Source: Candidatus Annandia pinicola
GTDB lineage: Bacteria; Pseudomonadota; Gammaproteobacteria; Enterobacterales; Enterobacteriaceae_A
Assembly: GCF_020541245.1 (NCBI RefSeq)
Contig: NZ_CP045876.1
Span: 210,001 to 242,000, forward strand
DNA: 32,000 bases
Direction of reading: 5' to 3'
This document shows positions 26,934 through 32,000 of the stretch, piece after piece. The stretch's first letter is position 1. Every line of letters starts with the position of its first letter. The translations under genes and the position numbers were made by a program. The notes beneath the pieces are model-generated. The model worked only from the letters and a program-made list of their open reading frames with translations, was not told the DNA's origin and searched no databases.

Positions 26934-27050
26934 TTTAATATAAAATATTATAATTTAAATTATATAATTTTATTTAAATTTTAATAAATTTAAATAAAAT
27001 TATATATTATTTATAAATTTTTATAAATTAAGGATGATATTATAGTTATT

Positions 27051-30000
27051 ATGAATTCATCTAATTTTATTCATCTAAGAATACATAGTGATTTTTCTTT
27101 AAAAGATGGTTTAAGTAAAGTAGATTCTTTAGTTAAAAAAGCTAAATATATGAAAATGAAATCTATTGCAATTACAGATTTCACTAACATGTATGGAGTA
27201 ATAAAGTTTTATAATAAATCTCATTTTTATGGTATAAAACCTATTATAGGTGTAGATTTTAAGATGCAATGGAATTTATTAGGAATAAAAAACTCTAAAA
27301 TTACAATTTTAGCAATGAATATTATTGGTTATAAAAATTTAATTAATATTACATCATTAGCTTATCAAAATGGATATAATATAAATGATGGACCAAAAAT
27401 AAATTTTAAACATTTAATTAAATATAATAAAGGTCTTATTATATTATCAGGTGGTTGTCATGGTGATATTGGACAAAGTATATTAACAAATAACAATGTT
27501 TCTTTAGAATATTTTACAGATTTTTATAAAAAATATTTTGATAACAAATTTTATTTAGAAATAATGCGAACCGGGCGTGATAATGAAGATATATATATAG
27601 ATTCGGTATTAAAATTATCTTTTAATAAAAAACTACCTTTAGTTGCTACTAATGAAGTTTGTTTTTTAAATAAATCAGATTTTTATATACATGAAGTAAG
27701 GGTTGCTATTTATAATAAATATAATTTAAATAATTATTATCCTAAAAAATATAGCGAACAGCAATATATGCGTAGTTCAGAAGAAATGTGTTCAATATTT
27801 TCTGATATACCTTCTGCAATACAAAATACTTTAGAAATTTCTAAACGCTGTAATGTAATATTAGATTTAAATAAGTGTTTCTTACCTAAATTTCCTGTTA
27901 CAAAATTAAATGAAAAAAATGTATTAATTATGAAATCTAAAAATGGTTTAGAAAATAGATTATCAAATAAAAAAATTTTAATAAGAAACAAAAGAAAAAA
28001 AATTAAAAAATATAAGAAAAGACTATTAAAAGAATTAAATATTATTAATAAATCTGGATTTTCTGGATATTTTTTAATTGTTATGGAATTTATAAAATGG
28101 GCTAAAAAAAATAAAATTCCAGTAGGTCCTGGAAGAGGTTCTGGAGCTGGATCACTAGTTGCTTATTCATTAAATATAACTGATTTAGATCCAATTGAAT
28201 TTAATTTACTTTTTGAAAGATTTTTAAATTTAGAAAGAATTTCTATGCCAGATTTTGATATTGATTTTTGTATGAATCAAAGAGACAAAGTTATAGAACA
28301 TGTTATAAAATTATATGGTAGGTATAAAGTAGCTCAAATTATCACTTTTGGTACTATGACAGCTAAATCAGTAATTAGAGATGTAGGTAGAGTATTAGGA
28401 AATCCATATAAATTTGTTGATAAAATAGCTAAATTAGTACCCACAAATCAAGGAATAAGTTTAAAACAAGCGTTTAAAAAATCACCACAATTATCAAAAA
28501 TATATAAATATGATAATAATGCTAGAATTTTAATAAATATAGCCATTAAATTAGAAGGTTTAACACGTAATATTGGAAAACATGCTGGAGGATTAGTTAT
28601 ATCTCCAAGAAAAATTACTGATTTTGTACCTTTATATTGTGATCATAATGGAAATAATTTAATAACTCAATTTGATAAGTATGATATTGAAAAGATAGGT
28701 TTAATAAAATTTGATTTTTTAGGATTACGTACATTAACAGTTATAAATTCTACAATAAATATTATTAATAATAATAATAAAAAAAATTTTAATATAAACA
28801 AAATATCATTATGTGATAAAAAGGTTTTTTTAAAATTAAAAGAAGCAAATACAACTTCAATTTTTCAATTAGAATCTTATGGTATGAAAGAATTAATTTT
28901 TAAATTAAAACCAGATTGTTTTGAAGATATTATAGCTTTAATATCTTTATTCAGACCAGGTCCTTTAAAATCAGGAATGGTTAATAATTTTATAAATAGA
29001 AAACATGGAAAAGAAAATATTTATTACCCTGATATAAAATGTCATTATATTGGTTTAAAAAAAATATTAAAACCTACCTATGGTATTATTTTATATCAAG
29101 AACAAGTAATGGAAGTTGCAAAAAAAATAGCTGATTATAATTTAGGGGATGCTGATATTTTATGTAGAGCTATGAGTAAAAAAAATAAATCTGAAATGAA
29201 AAAACAAAGAGATATTTTTCAATTTAGAGCTATAAAAAAAGGTATAAATAAAAATATAGCAATTAAAATATTTAATTTAATATCAAATTTTGCAGAATAT
29301 GGATTTAATAAATCTCATTCTACAGCTTATGCATTATTATCTTATCAAACCATGTGGTTAAAAACTTATTATCCTTCAGAATTTATGTTATCAGTGATAA
29401 ATTCAGATATAGATAATATTAATAAGGTAGTTAAATTAATATATGAATGTCGTAATATGAACTTAAAAATAATACCTCCAAATATAAATTATAGTATATA
29501 TAAATTTAGTATAAATAATAAAGGAAATATTATTTATGGAATGGGGGCAATTAAAGGAATACAAAAAAAATTAATTATTAAAATTATTTCATCAAGAATT
29601 AAATTTGGTAAATTTATAAATTTATATGATTTATGTTTAAAATCAAATATAAAAAAAATGCATACTAAAATGATGGAAAAAATTATTAAATCTGGGTCCT
29701 TAGATTTATTTAATCTTAAAAGAGAATTATTAATTAATTTATTACCTAGTACAATTAAACATGCAGAAAATTATCGTTATAATAAAAATATTGGTCAAAT
29801 TCAGTTATTTCAAAAAGATAATAATAATATTATTAAAATAAATAAAATTTTAAAAAATAATGTTAAAAATATTAAATATTGGGATAATGATATAAAATTA
29901 AAAAAAGAAAAAGAATCTTTAGGTTTTTATATAACTGATCATCCAATTAATAAATATAAATATATAATAAAAAAATATATAGGTTATTCTTTAAAAGAAA

Positions 30001-30545
30001 TATTAAATTATAGGTATATTAAAGAAAAAGTTATGGTAATAGGTATGATATTATTTTTAAAATTTATTAATACTAAAAAAAAAAAAAAAATTTGTATATG
30101 TGTATTAAATGATAACAATAATCAAATAGAAATAATATTATTTTCAAATTTAGTTAATAAATATAATGATATTTTATTAAAAAACAATATTATAATTGTT
30201 AAAGGAATTATACAACATGATATATTTAAAAATAGAAATAAAATAATAGCATATAATTTAATTAATATTAATAGTTTAAAAAAATATAAATTGTTTTCTT
30301 TAAATTTATATTTTATGAAATATCATATTAACAATATTTTTATTAAAAAAATATATAAATTATTAAATTTATGTTCATATGGATTAATAAAAGTTAATTT
30401 ATTTTATAAAAAAAATAAAAAAATTGTAAAATTATTAAATAATAATTTTATTTATATTAAGTTTGATTTTAATTTTATTAAAAAAATACGTTTATTGTTT
30501 GGATTAAATAAAATTAAATTTAATTTTATATCAAAAAAAAAATAA
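27051..30545 (+). CDS. dnaE: DNA polymerase III alpha subunit
   Basis: A 1164-aa ORF (E. coli 1160 aa). The PHP domain begins FIHLRIHSDFSLKDGLSKV and contains AITDFTNMYG. Other motifs are PVGPGRGSGAGSLVAYSLNITDLDP, MPDFDIDFC, KHAGGLVIS, FDFLGLRTLT, GIILYQEQVM and YGFNKSHSTAYA. Confidence 0.96.
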   Translation: MNSSNFIHLRIHSDFSLKDGLSKVDSLVKKAKYMKMKSIAITDFTNMYGVIKFYNKSHFYGIKPIIGVDFKMQWNLLGIKNSKITILAMNIIGYKNLINITSLAYQNGYNINDGPKINFKHLIKYNKGLIILSGGCHGDIGQSILTNNNVSLEYFTDFYKKYFDNKFYLEIMRTGRDNEDIYIDSVLKLSFNKKLPLVATNEVCFLNKSDFYIHEVRVAIYNKYNLNNYYPKKYSEQQYMRSSEEMCSIFSDIPSAIQNTLEISKRCNVILDLNKCFLPKFPVTKLNEKNVLIMKSKNGLENRLSNKKILIRNKRKKIKKYKKRLLKELNIINKSGFSGYFLIVMEFIKWAKKNKIPVGPGRGSGAGSLVAYSLNITDLDPIEFNLLFERFLNLERISMPDFDIDFCMNQRDKVIEHVIKLYGRYKVAQIITFGTMTAKSVIRDVGRVLGNPYKFVDKIAKLVPTNQGISLKQAFKKSPQLSKIYKYDNNARILINIAIKLEGLTRNIGKHAGGLVISPRKITDFVPLYCDHNGNNLITQFDKYDIEKIGLIKFDFLGLRTLTVINSTINIINNNNKKNFNINKISLCDKKVFLKLKEANTTSIFQLESYGMKELIFKLKPDCFEDIIALISLFRPGPLKSGMVNNFINRKHGKENIYYPDIKCHYIGLKKILKPTYGIILYQEQVMEVAKKIADYNLGDADILCRAMSKKNKSEMKKQRDIFQFRAIKKGINKNIAIKIFNLISNFAEYGFNKSHSTAYALLSYQTMWLKTYYPSEFMLSVINSDIDNINKVVKLIYECRNMNLKIIPPNINYSIYKFSINNKGNIIYGMGAIKGIQKKLIIKIISSRIKFGKFINLYDLCLKSNIKKMHTKMMEKIIKSGSLDLFNLKRELLINLLPSTIKHAENYRYNKNIGQIQLFQKDNNNIIKINKILKNNVKNIKYWDNDIKLKKEKESLGFYITDHPINKYKYIIKKYIGYSLKEILNYRYIKEKVMVIGMILFLKFINTKKKKKICICVLNDNNNQIEIILFSNLVNKYNDILLKNNIIIVKGIIQHDIFKNRNKIIAYNLININSLKKYKLFSLNLYFMKYHINNIFIKKIYKLLNLCSYGLIKVNLFYKKNKKIVKLLNNNFIYIKFDFNFIKKIRLLFGLNKIKFNFISKKK

Positions 30546-30661
30546 TTAATATTTTATTGATAAAAAATTTAAAAAAACAAATATAATTAAATATTAAATA
30601 TAATAAAAATTTTTAAATTATATTAATAAACACAAAATATTATAAAAATAATTAAAAAAAT

Positions 30662-31573
30662 ATGATTTATAATAATAAAAATTTTTTAATTGCATATAGT
30701 GGTGGTATAGATTCTACTTTTTTACTTTATAAATTTGCAAATTTAAGAAAATATTATAATATTAATATTAGAGCAATTTATATAAATCATAAATTACATA
30801 GTAATTCTGATATTTGGATTTATCATTGTAAAGAACAATGTGATATTTGGAGAATACCTTTAATAATTGAAAAAATAAATATAATTGATATTAATAGTAA
30901 TATTGAAAATAATGCTAGAAAATTAAGATATAAAGCTATAAAAAAACATATATTACCAAATGAAATTTTATTAACAGCACATCATATGGATGATCAATGT
31001 GAAACCTTTATATTATCATTAAAACGTGGTAGTGGTCCACAAGGTTTATCTTCTATAAGATTTAAAAGAAACTTTTTTAATACAAAAATAATAAGACCTT
31101 TATTAAATTATACTAAAAAAAAAATTAAAATATTATCTAAAAAAAATGATTTAACTTGGATAGATGATTCTAGTAATTTAAATAATAATTTTGACAGAAA
31201 TTTTTTGAGAAATAAAATATTACCATTAATAAATAAAAAATGGCCTTTTTTTACTAAAAATGTTAATAAAAGCGCAAAATTATGTAATGATCAAGAAAAT
31301 CTATTAAATAGATTATCTGCTAATGATTTTAATAGAATATCTTTAAAAAAAAATATGTTAAATATTTATAATTTAAAAAAAAAAAATAAAAAATATTCTT
31401 TTTATTTATTAAAAAAATGGATTCAAAATAATACTAATTTTATTCCATCATATAAAATAATTAAAAGTATTTATAAAGAAATAATTAACCCTAATTTAAA
31501 TACTAATCCAAAATTTATTATTAATAAACATATAATAAAAAAATATAAAAATAATATTTATATTATAATTTAA
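30662..31573 (+). CDS. tilS: tRNA(Ile)-lysidine synthase, short form (303 aa)
   Basis: The PP-loop motif is AYSGGIDSTFLL. LLTAHHMDDQCETFILSLKRGSGPQGLSS and IIRPLL match E. coli TilS ([27 protein letters not shown]). The position between dnaE and proS is as in E. coli. Confidence 0.82.
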   Translation: MIYNNKNFLIAYSGGIDSTFLLYKFANLRKYYNINIRAIYINHKLHSNSDIWIYHCKEQCDIWRIPLIIEKINIIDINSNIENNARKLRYKAIKKHILPNEILLTAHHMDDQCETFILSLKRGSGPQGLSSIRFKRNFFNTKIIRPLLNYTKKKIKILSKKNDLTWIDDSSNLNNNFDRNFLRNKILPLINKKWPFFTKNVNKSAKLCNDQENLLNRLSANDFNRISLKKNMLNIYNLKKKNKKYSFYLLKKWIQNNTNFIPSYKIIKSIYKEIINPNLNTNPKFIINKHIIKKYKNNIYIII

Positions 31574-31578
31574 AATAT

Positions 31579-32000
31579 TTATATATTTAAAAAAAAATTT
31601 AAAATATCTTTAATATAAATTATTTTTTTTTCATTACTAATTCTATTTATATATTCAATTTTTTTTTTTTTTATATTATAATTATTTATTATTATAATAT
31701 AAGGTATACCTATCAATTTAATATCTTTTATCATAACCATAGGACTTTCTTTTCTATCATCAAATATAACTTCTAATTTATATTTTTTTAATAAAATATA
31801 TAATAATTTTGATATTTTTTTTACTTTAGAATAATTATGCATATTTATAGGTATTATAGCAATTTTAAATGGTGATATAGAAATTGGCCATATAATTCCA
31901 TCTTTGTCATAGTTTTGTTCGATAATAGCAGATATTATACGTGTAACACCTATACCGTAACAACCCATAATTAAATTTTCTTTTTTTCCTAATTTATTTT
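31579..32000 (-). CDS. proS: Proline--tRNA ligase (partial; the N-terminal part lies beyond the window end)
   Basis: The minus-strand frame is open to the window edge. ...NKLGKKENLIMGCYGIGVTRIISAIIEQNYDKDGIIWP, FKIAIIPINMH, VIFDDRKESPMVMIKDIKLIGIPY match the E. coli ProRS C-terminus. The ATG at 31968 is internal. Confidence 0.92.
   Translation of the reverse strand, partial: NKLGKKENLIMGCYGIGVTRIISAIIEQNYDKDGIIWPISISPFKIAIIPINMHNYSKVKKISKLLYILLKKYKLEVIFDDRKESPMVMIKDIKLIGIPYIIIINNYNIKKKKIEYINRISNEKKIIYIKDILNFFLNI

Noticed and set aside
26934-27050. Repeated ATTTAAAT-type palindromes in the frr-dnaE spacer, and similar TTAAATTAA reiterations at 9781-9830.
   Set aside because: These are low-complexity A/T sequence with no consistent unit length, spacing or flanking conservation. 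They are not a CRISPR array, REP element or transposon end.
1-32000. The possibility of an alternative genetic code (UGA read as Trp) or of a hidden accessory, defence or mobile system.
   Set aside because: Standard-code ORFs recover full-length, colinear orthologues, and Trp positions use TGG (for example WKG in aroF and NWRVKETDR in aroA). Every ORF over 90 aa that is not antisense to a conserved gene is assigned to a housekeeping family. The largest unassigned gap is under 200 nt, which leaves no room for an undescribed multi-gene system.

Overview
This window is core chromosome from an extremely AT-rich, heavily reduced gammaproteobacterial (Enterobacterales-like) insect-endosymbiont-type genome. 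I cannot name the organism from sequence alone. By eye, GC is well under 20% in the background sequence and about 50% in the RNA genes. I support 31 protein-coding loci (two of them partial, at the window edges), 5 tRNAs and a tmRNA. The content is housekeeping and amino-acid-provisioning genes arranged in blocks colinear with E. coli neighbourhoods: recA-alaS-serV-argV; ffh-rpsP-rimM-rplS-aroF-tyrA-pheA-rluD; ssrA-smpB-ratB; dnaQ-aspV-gpt; infA-trxB-serS-serC-aroA-cmk-rpsA-asnS; dapD-map-rpsB-tsf-frr-dnaE-tilS-proS. Many ancestral neighbours have been cleanly deleted. I see no mobile elements, CRISPR array, defence or toxin island, prophage or other accessory system, and no evidence of a novel multi-gene system. 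The most interesting signal is reciprocal domain decay in the two bifunctional aromatic-pathway enzymes. TyrA keeps an intact chorismate mutase half, but every cofactor or catalytic position I checked in its prephenate dehydrogenase half is replaced. PheA has lost its chorismate mutase half and its allosteric motifs but keeps the dehydratase. Together these imply a phenylpyruvate-only branch. Other points are a single-nucleotide frameshift in rluD inside a T8 tract, cmk lacking any canonical in-frame start upstream of its P-loop, excision of trmD and pyrH from otherwise conserved operons, collapse of the frr-to-dnaE envelope-biogenesis block, RNA genes with no encoded CCA, and very long in-frame poly(A) tracts in essential genes. 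All homology statements rest on my recall of E. coli protein sequences and gene order, not on a database search.
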